Source: Callorhinchus milii
Lineage: Eukaryota
Reading direction: 5' to 3'
Assembly: GCF_018977255.1 (NCBI RefSeq)
Contig: NW_024704742.1
Span: 38,998,001 to 39,062,000, forward strand
Length of the DNA: 64,000 nucleotides
Shown: piece after piece, positions 11,476 through 23,520 of the stretch
Layout: each line of letters opens with the position of its first letter
Numbering within the stretch: position 1 is the stretch's first letter
Made by a program: the position numbers and the translations under genes
Notes under the pieces: model-generated
Database searches by the model: none
Seen by the model: only the letters and a program-made list of their open reading frames with translations
Told to the model about the DNA's origin: nothing

Positions 11476-11753
11476 CTTCAGAGAAGGTTAGACACTTCCT
11501 CTAGACCATTAGCAGCTCTTGGCAGCGAGTATCAATATTGTATTGGAGTTCAGGAGTAAGTTACAAACCTTCCTCCTAGCTGAGGATTTCATATTGGTCC
11601 AGGGAGACTAAATAAAGGGGCAAGGGAGCAAATACCTTCAAAAGCAGGCCAAAAAATGATAATTTTTTGATGTTAAATTCTACTGATGTCTGTCACTGTG
11701 CAATTGGTGAAAATATATTAAATATATTAAACAAATGTTTGTTTTCACTTCAG

Positions 11754-11789
11754 GGAGAATTGGGTGCAAGAGGTGAAAAAGGCTTGATG
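11754..11789 (+). CDS. COL25A1: COL2 exon GELGARGEKGLM
   Basis: ttcag|GGA...ATG|gtgagt, 36 nt. Confidence 0.93.
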
Positions 11790-12409
11790 GTGAGTAAATA
11801 TTTATTCATGGATTACACTGATGGAAAGGGACAGAAAGATAGAAAGCAATGCCATGGTTAATTAATCATTGGAATAATTGCAACACATATTGGCATTTTT
11901 AATTCCCATCTCATTTTAGGGAGATGTAAAAGGATCCAATGTTTCTATATTTTTGTTCTAAATATTCCCCGTGCAGACAGCACATTGTTGGCCTTATCAA
12001 ATTACAGCCAAAATAGATTCAATGTGATTTATTAGTCAGTCTATTATTTTTCAGTACATCTTTCTGACAGGAATAAATGCAGGGTAAGAAACGTAAACCT
12101 TTTGAACAATTTATATCCATTTTGTATAATCTAAATTCAGTTAAAGCACAAATAATTCAATCCATAAAGATATTGTACGTGTTATATGAAATGCAAGGAT
12201 TATTAGTGTTATTGTTGGAAATTCAGCTCTAGATCTGTTTCCGTATTGAACCCAAGAAAAATGCAAAGACTTGGCATTTGGCGATATCTTACCATGGCCA
12301 AGTCTGTGGATTTTCTCTCTGATTACTATCACTCTGAGCAGAAAACACAATGAGTGAGCTGGATAGCACCAGTTTTCCTTTCCCACTTTCTGAGAAGAAT
12401 ATGCAGTGA

Positions 12410-12670
12410 TATCTATTGGAATTTAGAGGTTTTGGAACACCAAAACCTCCAAGTTACACTCCGAGGCAACCACCATCCTGACTTGGTACATCGCTGTTTA
12501 TTGTCAGTGGGTCAAAATGCTGGAACTTCCAACCTGATGACATTGTGGGATCACCATCACATCAACAGTTGCAGCAATTTAAAGAGAAGGCTCATCACCA
12601 CCATCTCAGGGTACCAGGGATGGATAATAAATGCTGACTGTGCCGGCGCCAACCACGTCCCAAAAATAAG
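12410..12670 (+). mobile_element. Non-LTR retrotransposon 3' end (clade not assigned)
   Basis: caccatcctgacttgg...gggtcaaaatgctggaact...gaaggctcatcaccacc...aataaatgctg resembles a common chondrichthyan LINE terminus (from memory). Confidence 0.55.
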
Positions 12671-14824
12671 TCCTTAAAAAGGAAACTGGAAGTTCCTTGA
12701 ACTAACAAGCCGGAACTCTGTTTTGGCATGATCCAGTTTCAGAGCAGGGATGCTATGGGTCAGCTTAAAATCAATTCATTTACCTAAAGAAGTCCCCAAT
12801 CAAATTTCTTATTAAGAAATCTTGTTAAAATTTGTTGCATATTCAACTCGTTTAACTATATTTTTTGAGAATTCAGATGAGAGAGAATATTGGGAGAGCT
12901 CACTGCAATTCTTCAAAACAGGTGAATTGAATTGTTAAGTTGTATGTAAAGAAACATATTTTAATTCCCTCTATTTCAATTTTACTGAGTCTCCCAGCAT
13001 CAAACTGGGAACTTTAAGTTTGAGAAACTAGTAGCTTTCAAACACACCAACCATACTGAGAGGAGTTTTATTCCTTTCAGAAAAGTACCGGACATAGCAG
13101 TGTGCGCTTGTAATAAAAAAAGTCCCTATTGTAACACCACACTATCAAAAGTCTGGAAATGTTCCTGACAGGAGTAAAAATTCCCCTATTGTTTTTAAGC
13201 ATTGTTTGCACCTGGATTGACTCTTTATAAAATCACACTTAAGCTTATGGCCTGCAGCTGCTGAAGTGCAAATAGGGGGTCTGGGGAGGTAATGAACTCA
13301 TCTCTGTGATTTATTGCTAAATTGCCAGAAAATAGTAAGAAAATACACACTTGCACATTACACTGCTTTAAGACATTAGTATCCCATCCTCAAAGAAAAA
13401 AATGGTGCCTTGGGATTGCACTACTGGCAGAATACCTGAGAAATTGTTGTGCTCCTCTGATAAGGGTTTGTCGGACTAACAATTGCAAATACAAAATTCT
13501 TGTCAGTTGTACAGCTGCAAATGCTCTCTGCCCTTTCTGCCCTTCCACATTACTATTTCCAACACTTCACCCAGCCACCTCATCACCCATTAAACATTAG
13601 CAATGAATTGACAGCTGTTGAAGGAAGCACCTTTGAAAAAATGTTTTACCAAATCCACGCAGAGCTGGCCTGGAAGCTAGCCTCCCTTTCACCTCTGCCA
13701 CACTGGTGTGGCCATACAGCTCTCTTACTTCAGCCAAAAACAGATGTCCTCCAAGCTGGAGCTCCTTAAACACCTTCTTGAACTAATCATATTCAGTCAG
13801 TCAAGATATATTTATTTTGTATTTATCTCTTAAAAGGATTGAAATTTTGAATGTTTCCTCAACTCAACAGCAGGACAATTTCTAACTCCTGGATTTTGTG
13901 ATCTCCTCTCCAACTCTCCCTCCCCTGCCCTCTATATTTTGCCTACAAAATCCACAGTCAATCCACTTTACAATATATCCTGTGAAGGGCTTTGAGACAT
14001 CTCGACGATGTGATAAGGCACTGTATCAAACACAAGGATTATTATTTATATGACCAAACGTTTGATCCAGAATTTTAACCTTTCCATATGAAAGAGAAAC
14101 ATGTGCGCTTTCCCCTTTCAGGCATTTCCTGCCAACGGAGTTGGCAAATTCTGCAGCATGTGGTACAGGTGCATAGTGACCGTTGAACCACAGGGTGCTG
14201 TTTTCATGAGACTCTTGAATTCTTTCCACTGGAAAGAGCAGCGTTAATGAAAGCAAGATCGTTCAAGGTCTGGTAAAGCAGTACGGTCTGCAGGACCTGA
14301 GAAGAAAGTGAGGCAAATAGCTGAAGGGTCTTTGTCTGGTATTTTAAATAATCACAATTCTTACATAACTGGATTTCGGATACTGTATTTAATTTACACT
14401 TCAGTCACCATTGAGACTGGCACATGTTATTAATTAACTAAATGTCTTGCATCCTTATTTCAATAACAAAAGAGAATATGACACAGATTAATTCAAAGCT
14501 GCAGCAAATAATGAAGAGCAGTGTCACAAAATGCTACTGGGATGCAACTGGTATCGATTAGCGGACTCTGGTGCATTCTGGTCATCCTCCAGAATTCCAT
14601 TGAGCTAAGGTTTAACAGAAATCACATTTCAGCAGCTGAAGTTATTCACAGAACAAATGGCTTTTGTCTTTGGCCAAACATGCAACCAACCACCTTTGCG
14701 TCTCTGTTAGCACGCCAGCCAACAGCAGAGTCTCTTTGAAATGCTTACACGGTTAGACGTTTAAAATTGATCACTTATGTGAAATTATCACATAATTATG
14801 CCTTTGTTGTACTTTTTGTTTCAG

Positions 14825-14851
14825 GGACCCAAGGGACCGCCAGGACAAAAG
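14825..14851 (+). CDS. COL25A1: COL2 exon GPKGPPGQK
   Basis: tttcag|GGA...AAG|gtatag, 27 nt. Confidence 0.92.
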
Positions 14852-16368
14852 GTATAGTATTGTTAAACAAAGACTGGGAAAGAAATCAAAATGTTTATTA
14901 CCAACACTTGACCCTAAAACCAGAATAGAAAGTTACATGCTACTGTAGGTCAGGAATTACTACATGCTTTTTGACTGCAATTTTAACTTTTCCCCCAAAT
15001 AACAGTAATTTTCCCACATTGTGGATTTCAAGTTTAAAAAAAAAAGCAAGGCTGTTTTAAGTCTTTCTTCGGTGTATGGATGCTAAAAGGAAAGTAAAGA
15101 AAGCCAGTTGACTTTCCTATTCATTTGCTGGCATAACTCTGGAATTTAAATTTGAAACATATATGGGGGATATAGTTTCTGCTACAGCCCAAACTAAGCG
15201 TAATACATCATTGCCGCAGATTGATACTAAGCAAAACTTGCTATGTGTTGCTGATGAATGGATTTTGGTTTTGCTGTGATCAGCGAACCGTCGATGTTTT
15301 CCTGTTTCTGAGGTAACCCGATGACAGACATCCTGAGCCCTCTGTCAGCGCCTTTTACAGTTATCAGAATCAGCTGCCAGTTTTTGATAAACTGAACACA
15401 CAATTTATGGGATTTCTTCATCACCACTTCGTAAAGAACGTCAGGAGTAGAATGTACCTGAGCGCCAGCCGCCATTCAGTGACAGTGGGTCCTCTCCAAA
15501 CTATTAACAAATATGGAATAACATACTTTAATAGACAATGGTTGCCTCTGTACTCTTTCAGTTGGTCCACTTACTTACATTTTTAAAAAATCATAAAAAT
15601 GAGCAGAATGATACTTTTACAACTCCCTAACCACCCAAAACAAAGTTACACCAAACTTCTCTAATCCTGTTCTTATCGTATGCAGTTCGGAACAGAAATA
15701 GGAATTTGGGAGAAAAAAAGTGGTATCTAAAAGCCTTCAAAGAACAGTGATCTCTGAGCATTTTTCAGCAAGTTCCCAGCACGCAAATCATGGTGATCCA
15801 GTCACTGTATTTGAGATAACAGCTTTCACGTCCTTATTCAGAAGTTGGGAGAAGTGGTGAAGTATTTAAAGGCACTTTTTAAATATTCTCCCTAAATTAA
15901 GGAACAGAATGTGTTTAGGAATACCACAATTTTGATCCAGACAATCAAACTCAAGTCATGACCTGAGGCTTGAACCCACAATGTTCAGACCGAGAGGAGT
16001 GAGTGCTACCCACTGAGTCAGGCTGACTCCTGGAAGTCGACGCAAAAGCAGCCAAGGCAACACCTCCTCTGAGTACTCAGCTGAAAGTGGTGAGTGACCT
16101 GGGAAGTGCAGAATGAGAACCGTGAATTGAGGATAAAATTAGGGCAAAATTAGAGGAGAACTAGTTGTGGGCTTAACTGGAAGGAATGTCGATACAGTCT
16201 CCACAACAGGCAAACGGAACATTCATCTCAAACTGCGTTATTTGTACAAGCTCACACAAAAGCTGTCTACCTCTGTTACATGAGTTGACTTGCTGTTAAT
16301 CACTGGCCAGCTTGCCTTTCCAACTATTAATTTATTGACTTTATATCAATTTAATTTTATTCTTGCAG

Positions 16369-16413
16369 GGCTCTATAGGAAACACTGGTGTTCCGGGCTT
16401 TCATGGACAAAAG
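16369..16413 (+). CDS. COL25A1: COL2 exon GSIGNTGVPGFHGQK
   Basis: ttgcag|GGC...AAG|gtaaaa, 45 nt. Confidence 0.93.
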
Positions 16414-16512
16414 GTAAAATCCATACACTCTTCACGATGCACTGACAAACATTGATTCTATTTGTGCGCCTCTCACAGTCCAGAGAAAAGTTTCCAACAT
16501 ATATACAATTGT

Positions 16513-16829
16513 GAAGTCCTGTAGCTCAGTGGTTAGAGCACTCGCTTTGCAAGCGAGAGACCTGGGATCGATTCCCGGCAGGGTGAAACCTTGGGCAAGT
16601 TTCCTTACTCCACACGCTTGATAATAATCCCTCAAGAAAAAAAACAATAATAAATTGATCATTTCAATCCACAACTGTTTGTGGGACACCGCTGTGCGCA
16701 ATTGGCTGCTGCATTTTGCCCACAAATATATAGTCAATTCACTTTACAGTCTATCCTGAGAAGCGCTTTGAGACGATTAGAAGACATGAAAAGCGCTATA
16801 TCAAATACAAGGATTATTATTATTATTAA
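16513..16829 (+). mobile_element. Young tRNA-Ala(TGC)-headed SINE, full length
   Basis: A box TAGCTCAGTGG, anticodon arm CTCGC-TTTGCAA-GCGAG, B box, partial Deu 3' segment, L2-type stem-loop tail and (ATT)n. Confidence 0.9.
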
Positions 16830-16917
16830 TTTATTTTAAAATTGCCAAAGTTGTTTAAATATAGTGATCTCTGTATGGGTCATTTGATAAATTTATATAC
16901 AGAATAAGACTAATTGT

Positions 16918-17125
16918 AATATAATAATAATAATAATCCTGGCATTTGATATAGCACCGTATCACCTCGATGAGATGTCTCAAAGTGTTTCACAGAATAT
17001 AGAATATATTATAAACTGGATCGACTGTATTTTGTGGGCGAAATGCAGCAGCCAGTTGCGCACAGCAGTGTCCTACAAACAGTCATGGATTGAATGACCA
17101 CATTTGTTTTTGAGAGATTATTAGG
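16918..17125 (-). mobile_element. SINE 3' half, inverted relative to the 16513 copy
   Basis: (AAT)n-ccttggcatttgatatagcac...gcagccagttgcgcacagcagtgtcctacaaacag. Confidence 0.8.
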
Positions 17126-17846
17126 ATGAAAGATTCATTGTGGCGCTTAAATGTAGTGACACTGACGTTGGGTCAAAAGTGCTCCAGTGACATTATCTCT
17201 GTGCGGCTGACAGATTTGTCATATTTGCTACACTTAGCAATGTGACAAATGCTGTTCATAATGAATTGCTGCGCTGTGAATTCAAAGTGAAATGAGTTTT
17301 GGTATTTTTAATCCAGTTCCTAGTTGTTGTGGAGCATGACATGAATCTGTTTATATACAATCCAGGATTAACTAGTCATTTTAACAGTGCTCGGCCTGAA
17401 ATTCCACTTAGTCTTAGCCTGTAAAATTATTTTGCCTTTCAAATTTTGGAAAATTCTTAAATCCAATCTTAATTTATTTATAAGAACTGAAGAATAGTCT
17501 TCCAAATTAACACTGAATTTAAGAATTTTTCACATTTCTCCCAAGTCTAAATTTTAAAATAAAACAGTCACAGACTAAAACTAGGTAAAATATTGACTGT
17601 ACTGTGATGACTACACCTTTTGTGATCGGCTAGTAAATTGGTGATTCACTTCATGGCTGTTTGTGGACATTGCTATGCACAAATTGACTGTCTTGTTCGG
17701 ATACAAAATACAGTCGCTACACTTTACAGTAAAATCCTGTGAAGCGCTTCAATGCGTCCTCCCGACATGAAAGATGCAGATGTCAAATACAAGGACTATG
17801 GATTGCCATCATCTCCATGCTGGTAAAAAGTCAGTATAGAGCTATG

Positions 17847-18035
17847 GATGCGAGAAATCTCTGATATTAAAAACAAAATGCTGGAAAAGCTTCAAAAGTC
17901 AATCAGGAACTGAGAGAGGAAATAAATTAATGATTTAAGTGTGACGCATCATCAGAACTTTGAAGGGTCATGTTTGAATTGTTCAACTGCATTTCTCCTT
18001 CAGATATTGATTGCCCTGCTGTGTATTTGAATTTA
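17847..18035. mobile_element. Penelope-like element terminus, inverted pair, decayed hammerhead cores
   Basis: Minus copy gttctgatga...; plus copy tgaagggtca...cagatattgattgccctgctgtgtatt; similar to 18704-18810. Confidence 0.5.
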
Positions 18036-18703
18036 ATTGCACTTTCTGTAGAGTTTCTCAGGCTATTTTACCACGTTGTTCAAAAACAGGCAATTCGCAG
18101 ACTTTGCTAATTCAGGAATGATTCCAGTGACAAAAAGGAATTGGGAGCTTCATCAACAAATAAACATTAAAAATCATCCTGTGGAAAGAATCAGTTAATG
18201 CAAAAAGCAAATCTGGTTTGTGTTAAGTACGATAAGAGACAGAGAACTGGTATGCATCTGTCCTAACGAATGAGATGAAGCGATTGCACCAAACAGATCA
18301 TGCTCAGATGCAGCAGAATGATCTTGTTCCAGGAAGCAATGAGTGATGAGTCTGTAGTGGCTGTCTGGCAATTACAAAAGAGAGTCATTTATTACTAAAC
18401 AACTTTGAAGTTAAACAATTGGCAGCAACATTAGCCTCAGGCTTTCAACTGATTTAGGAAAAATCTAAAAATCTCTATTGTGATAACAGTTATGTGATCT
18501 GCTTTTAATGTAAGTGAATATGCAATATTTCACTTTTCCTACCTGTGTCCCAATACATTGTGGCTTTTAAGTCTTGGAACAATGGCTTTTCCATTCAAAG
18601 ACTGACCTGACGGTCTGTCCGTCCACTCTCATGGGTTTGTTTCACGAGTTTAATAAGGCACGTTTAATGGAACATTCCTATTGGATTTCAGCCCAAAACT
18701 TCT

Positions 18704-18810
18704 AGTTCTGATGAAGGGTTTTACCCAAAAATGTTCAAAATGTTAACCTCTTTCAGATGCTAATCAGCCTGCAGTGTTATCTCAGCATTTTCTATTTTTA
18801 TTGCAGATTT
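18704..18810 (+). mobile_element. Penelope-like terminal repeat with degenerate hammerhead ribozyme core
   Basis: CTGATGA-a-GGGT ttt ACCC-aaaaatgtt (canonical GAAA lost), then cagatgct...cagcattttctatttttattgcagattt. Confidence 0.55.
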
Positions 18811-19046
18811 ACTTTTTTAATATCTAATCGTATTATCCTGTTGGATACTACAAGACCAAACAGTTTATTTAAAAAGCTCCAGTTTGTGTTGCAATTGTTC
18901 TAAAATCCATCATGATATGACATGAATCATTATTCTGAGAGTATTTTTTTATATATGATAATAATAATCCTTGCATTTGATAAGCGCTTTTCACGTCTTC
19001 TCGACGTCTCAAAGCGCTTATATGAACAGTTTGAAAATCTTAATAG

Positions 19047-19363
19047 AATATAATAATAATAATCCTTGCATTTGATATAGCGCTTTTCACGTTGGGAGGA
19101 TGTCCCAAAGCGCTTCACAGAACACGCAGTGAAGTGAATTGATTGTATATTTGTGGGCGAACGCGGCAGCTAATTGGCACAGCAATGTCCCACACACAGT
19201 CGTAGATTGAAAATGACCAATTTATTATTGTTTTTGGTTTTGGAGGGATTATTATTAGGCGTGTGGAGTAAGGAAACTTGCCCAAGGTTTCGCCCTGCCT
19301 GGAACTGAACTCAGATCTCTCACTTGCAAAGCGAGTGCTCTAATCACTGAGCTACAGGACTCC
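19047..19363 (-). mobile_element. Young tRNA-Ala-headed SINE, full length (extra tail fragment at 18955-19020)
   Basis: Reverse complement closely matches the 16513 and 26825 copies. Confidence 0.9.
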
Positions 19364-19734
19364 AGAAAGTAGAAATGCAAGCGGTGCTTAATTAACTATA
19401 AGTATAGTTCTTAATTCAATCAGAATTTTTTCTTCCTTTCAGCAGTTGTACAGGTATTCAAATCATTTCTTGCAACTTCTTAGATTCTTTTTATCTGATA
19501 AATCCCTCTCCTTCCACCATTAGCCTCCCATCATCCTCGTGAAGTAAAGAGGACGTTCATGAATGAATGAATGCACATAGTTCCCTCTAATTCATTGGTA
19601 GCTCCTTTATTTAGATAGTCACATTGACTTGACATGGATGCTCTATTGCTCTATATTGGTGAGAGGGGCGCATTTGTCTTTGCTGGTTGAACTAAATTTG
19701 GTTAATCTCAATTTTGAGATGACCGAAGACGCAA

Positions 19735-20985
19735 TTAAAGAGGAATATCTTGAACAGACCTTGAAGAAGGCGAGGGAAGGGGTGAGGTGAAGAGATTCCA
19801 GGATGGAGTTCCAGAGAGTGTGTTTAGATAGGCTGCAAGCCTGATGGCTGATGGTGGGCCGGGCAGGGGATGTGAAGCAATCTATTGCCTGTCGATCAGA
19901 GGAAGCATGTGGGTTTTAGAAGGTCACAGAGGTGAGGAAGAAGATCTTGAACTCAATCCTCTGGCGGAAGGAGAGCTCGTGAAACTGAGTGAGGAGTCTA
20001 CTGTGGTAGAGAATACAGGCTGCAGAGTTCTGAATGGTCTGTAGCTTGTTGAAGGAAGAGTTTAGATTTCCAGTGAGCAGAGAGTTGGCATAGTGTAGTC
20101 TGGATGTGACAAAACCATAGATGAAGGTCTCAGCCCCCCCAAAGGGAGAGGTAGTAGTAGAGGCAGGCAATGTTATGGAGATGGGGGAAAGCTGAATGGG
20201 TCAGGAAATGGATGTGGGGTTTAAAAGACACCTGAGAGTCGAACAAAGCACTGAAATACTGCACTAGATCCGTGAGGTGGTGTGTGCATCCATGTAGATT
20301 GATGCTATCAGCACCCAAGGTAAGAAGTTGCTGACTAGAGCCAAATAGGAGAGCCGCTGTCTTGTCAACGTTCAATTGGAGAAAGTTGGCACTCCTCCAA
20401 TATTTGATGCCTGACAGGCAATCAGTAAGGACAGCAGTAGTGCTGAAATCGAGAGTGGAGGCAGATAGATAGAGTTGGATGCCATCCGCATACATGTGGA
20501 AGTTAATCCCATGTCTGTAGAAGACATGGCTGAACGGGAACATGTATATATTAAAGAGGACAGGACCAAGCATAGAGTCTAAGGAATACCACGTGTGATG
20601 GTGCAGGAGTAGGAGGAGAAGCCGTTGGCAGATATGAAGCAGAGACGTTAGGATAGGTAAGGATGAAACCAGGAAAGATCAGAACCATAAGTGTTGAGCA
20701 GAGAGGAAAGACAGTGGAGAATGATAGAATTGAAGTATCAGTATCGAAGGCAGCAGATAGGTCAAGAAAGACGAGGGGGCAGAGTGTTTCTTTTTCACAG
20801 ATGGAGAGAATATCATGGTGACTTTGACTAGGGCAGTCTCAGTACTGTGGGCAGCATGGAAGCCGAATTGGAGGGGTTCATGTAGGGAGTGAAGGGAAAG
20901 GAAGAAGCAAAGCTGGGAAGCAACAAATCATTCCAGAGGAAATGGGACAGTAGTTAGGGAATAGGGATGATACGAGGGAAGCTTA
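19735..20985 (-). mobile_element. L2 LINE fragment with RT domain
   Basis: ORFs 20130-20573 (LGPVLFNIYM...HMYADGIQLY...NFLQLNVDKT) and 19916-20170 (FVTSRLHYANSLL...LQTIQNSAACIL). Confidence 0.9.
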
Positions 20986-22410
20986 CCATCCTTCCATTAC
21001 AGCATCAAGCTGCTTTTTTAATGAGTCCAGCATTTAAGCCTCAAGTTCTCTTACTGGGAACTTGCTCCAGTTGTTAATTACCCTCTGAGTAAGAAATCTT
21101 AGTATCTGTCTGAAAAATTGCCCTTTTCTACCAATAATGTGTGACCTCTTGTTCTGCTGTCTTGGTACATACAAAAATATTGCTCTGGTTTACTTCCTGA
21201 ATCCCATTTGAAGTCTTATATTCCTCTATAAGGTCCCCTCTGACATGTCTCCTTTAAACGCTGTAGAGCCCCAGGCTGTTTAATCAATGTTCATAGAATC
21301 ATACCTCGAACACTGGGGATTTTCATCATTACTTTCCTCTCTGAACTGCCTCTAAGGCCTGGGCAGCCCGCTTATGTCTTAGCGAACAGAACTATATGTA
21401 ATAATCGAAATGCAGCCAGCACACTATACAGCTTGAATACGACTTCTGGGATTCTGAACTCATCTAATTTGGCAATATACCCCAGCATCCTGTTTGCCTT
21501 CCTTATTGCTGCCTTACACTGTTTTGACATGGTGAACAATGAGTCAGAGACTGAATCTCTTTCAGCTTCTCCCTCGACAAATTGTATCCTATCCATAGAG
21601 TACTTGTGTTTCCTATTCTTACTTTCCTATATGCAGTATCTTGCATGTATGGATCCAAAACTCTGCTGGCCGCATACTCACCCGTACTAAAATTTGTAAT
21701 CACACCAGTTCTAGCCAGGCTCCACTGGCTCCCTCTCGCTTTCAAGATCCTTACCTAGTTTTCAAGTCCCTTCATTCCCTGGCACCTCCCTATCTCTCCG
21801 ACCTGCTTACTCCCCAACCCACTACCAACTGCCTCTGCTCAACTGGCTCCGACCTCCTGCATGTTCCTCATGCCCTTCATTCCAACATTGGTTTCAGCCA
21901 CTACGCCCTGAAACCTTGGAACACTATCCCTCCTTCCCGTCATCAGATCACACCTGAAGACCTTGCTCTTCAACCAGTGCTTATGGTCACCTCCCTCTGT
22001 CTCAGCATCAGGCTCTGCCACTGTCAAGAGCTCTGGGACATTACCCTGCATGAGGGGCATTATGTACATGCAAGTTAATTAATATATATATTAAACTTCA
22101 ATTGCCAGTCATCGACTCATGAGCATATGCTATCAAGCTCTCTTTGTATGACCTTTGGTGACTGCTCTGCTTCCACGGTTCCCCATCTGCAAATGTAACT
22201 ACCTTAACTCTCCCCCAGCTTCTGTAATAACTACTTTTTCCTTCAGACAACTTTGAATTCATGTCCATATGGTACCCAGTCACATCAGTTTGTGAAGGAG
22301 TCTCACCTTTGATACTTTGTTAAATGTTTTTTGGAAGTCTAGATACATTACACTACATTATATGATTTCCCGGTCATTTTGAAAAGTTTGATAGGTTGGT
22401 CAGACAATAA
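20986..22410 (-). mobile_element. CR1 fragment interrupted by a + strand L2 3' end (21645-22077)
   Basis: ORF 21372-21596 SKQCKAAIRKANRMLGYIAK is CR1-like; ORF 21641-22078 IQNSAGRIL...FKSLHSLAPPYLSDLL...KPWNTIP is L2-like and ends in the L2 tail. Confidence 0.8.
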
Positions 22411-22524
22411 TTTATTAGATTTTGTTTTCCGGTAATATTTCATTTTCTTTCTGATGATTAACTTTTAATTTCTCTAAAAGAGGAAACAACGCATTCATGA
22501 GAGAATATAATGGTGGGTATAGGA

Positions 22525-22630
22525 GAGGGGATTAGGATGGGTGGAGGCTCATGTGGAGTATCATCACCAGCATGGACCAGTTGGGCCAAATGGCCTGTTT
22601 TGTGCTGTAGAATTCTATTTAATTCTATGT
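22525..22630 (+). mobile_element. CR1 3' UTR/tail fragment
   Basis: ggaccagttgggccaaatggcctgttttgtgctgtagaattctat. Confidence 0.65.
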
Positions 22631-23475
22631 TCTCCATTTCTTGAAGGTCTGCAGTTGCCAGATATGGTTCTGTTCTTTTTCTTGAGTATAACTATAATGA
22701 GGAAAACATTGCAAAATATCATAAAACTTCAGCCCCTTATTTTCAAGTACTTTTTGAACCTAAATGTAAAGTTCTTCAATTCACTGGATAAGAAATGCAG
22801 GACATGGCAACCTTGATATAATGCCCGTCTGGCATAGGGTGAGCCGGAGGCGCTGAAGGCTCAGCCTCCAGATGTGATCTGACCAGATGGTTTCCACACT
22901 ACCCAACGATCAACTTCTGATTTCCGGGTTGTCAAGTCACTGCTGATGTCACCTCCTGTGCATTGCGACCTGACACCTAGAAGCTTGGCATCGTGTAGCG
23001 AGGGAAGCAGCTGCTCACTGTCGAAAGCTGAAGGTACTGTGCTTCTGGTTAGGGCAGGTTCACTGTAGATGCAGAGCTAGGAGCCAGGATGTGTTATATC
23101 AGAGGAGTGATAAAGCAAAGTCCTCCAGTTTTATATAATTATGTGTAGGCAGTGCTGTTGATGTAATTTCCGGTGCCGTGTGCAATAATCACAGAAGAAG
23201 TGATATCAGTGGCATGCTTTACGCATAATGTGGCATTCAGGTATCGTGTCAGTGGCAAGCTGATTGCCCAGAAGTCAGCCATTTTGTAGCGTTTCACTTA
23301 TAATTTAGTCAATGAGACATTGGACTAAGCAGATAACAAGATTCCCTAGTATTCAGGAAAATGCTCCTGGGATGGACGTTGGGTTGGAATTTACAGGATG
23401 CAATGCATCAACAGCACACAGTGGTTGCACTGCTGATCGGTCCCATGTTGATTACATCACGTTCATTTCTTTCAG

Positions 23476-23520
23476 GGTGACCCTGGTGTATCGGGGGAAG
23501 ATGGGGAGCCAGGACAAAAG
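23476..23520 (+). CDS. COL25A1: COL2 exon GDPGVSGEDGEPGQK
   Basis: tttcag|GGT...AAG|gttagt, 45 nt. Confidence 0.92.

Noticed and set aside
16513-16584. tRNA-Ala(TGC)-like cloverleaf (also at 19290-19363, 26825 and 48495-48568)
   Set aside because: The acceptor stem is poor and each copy continues into the same SINE body and tail; these are SINE heads, not tRNA genes
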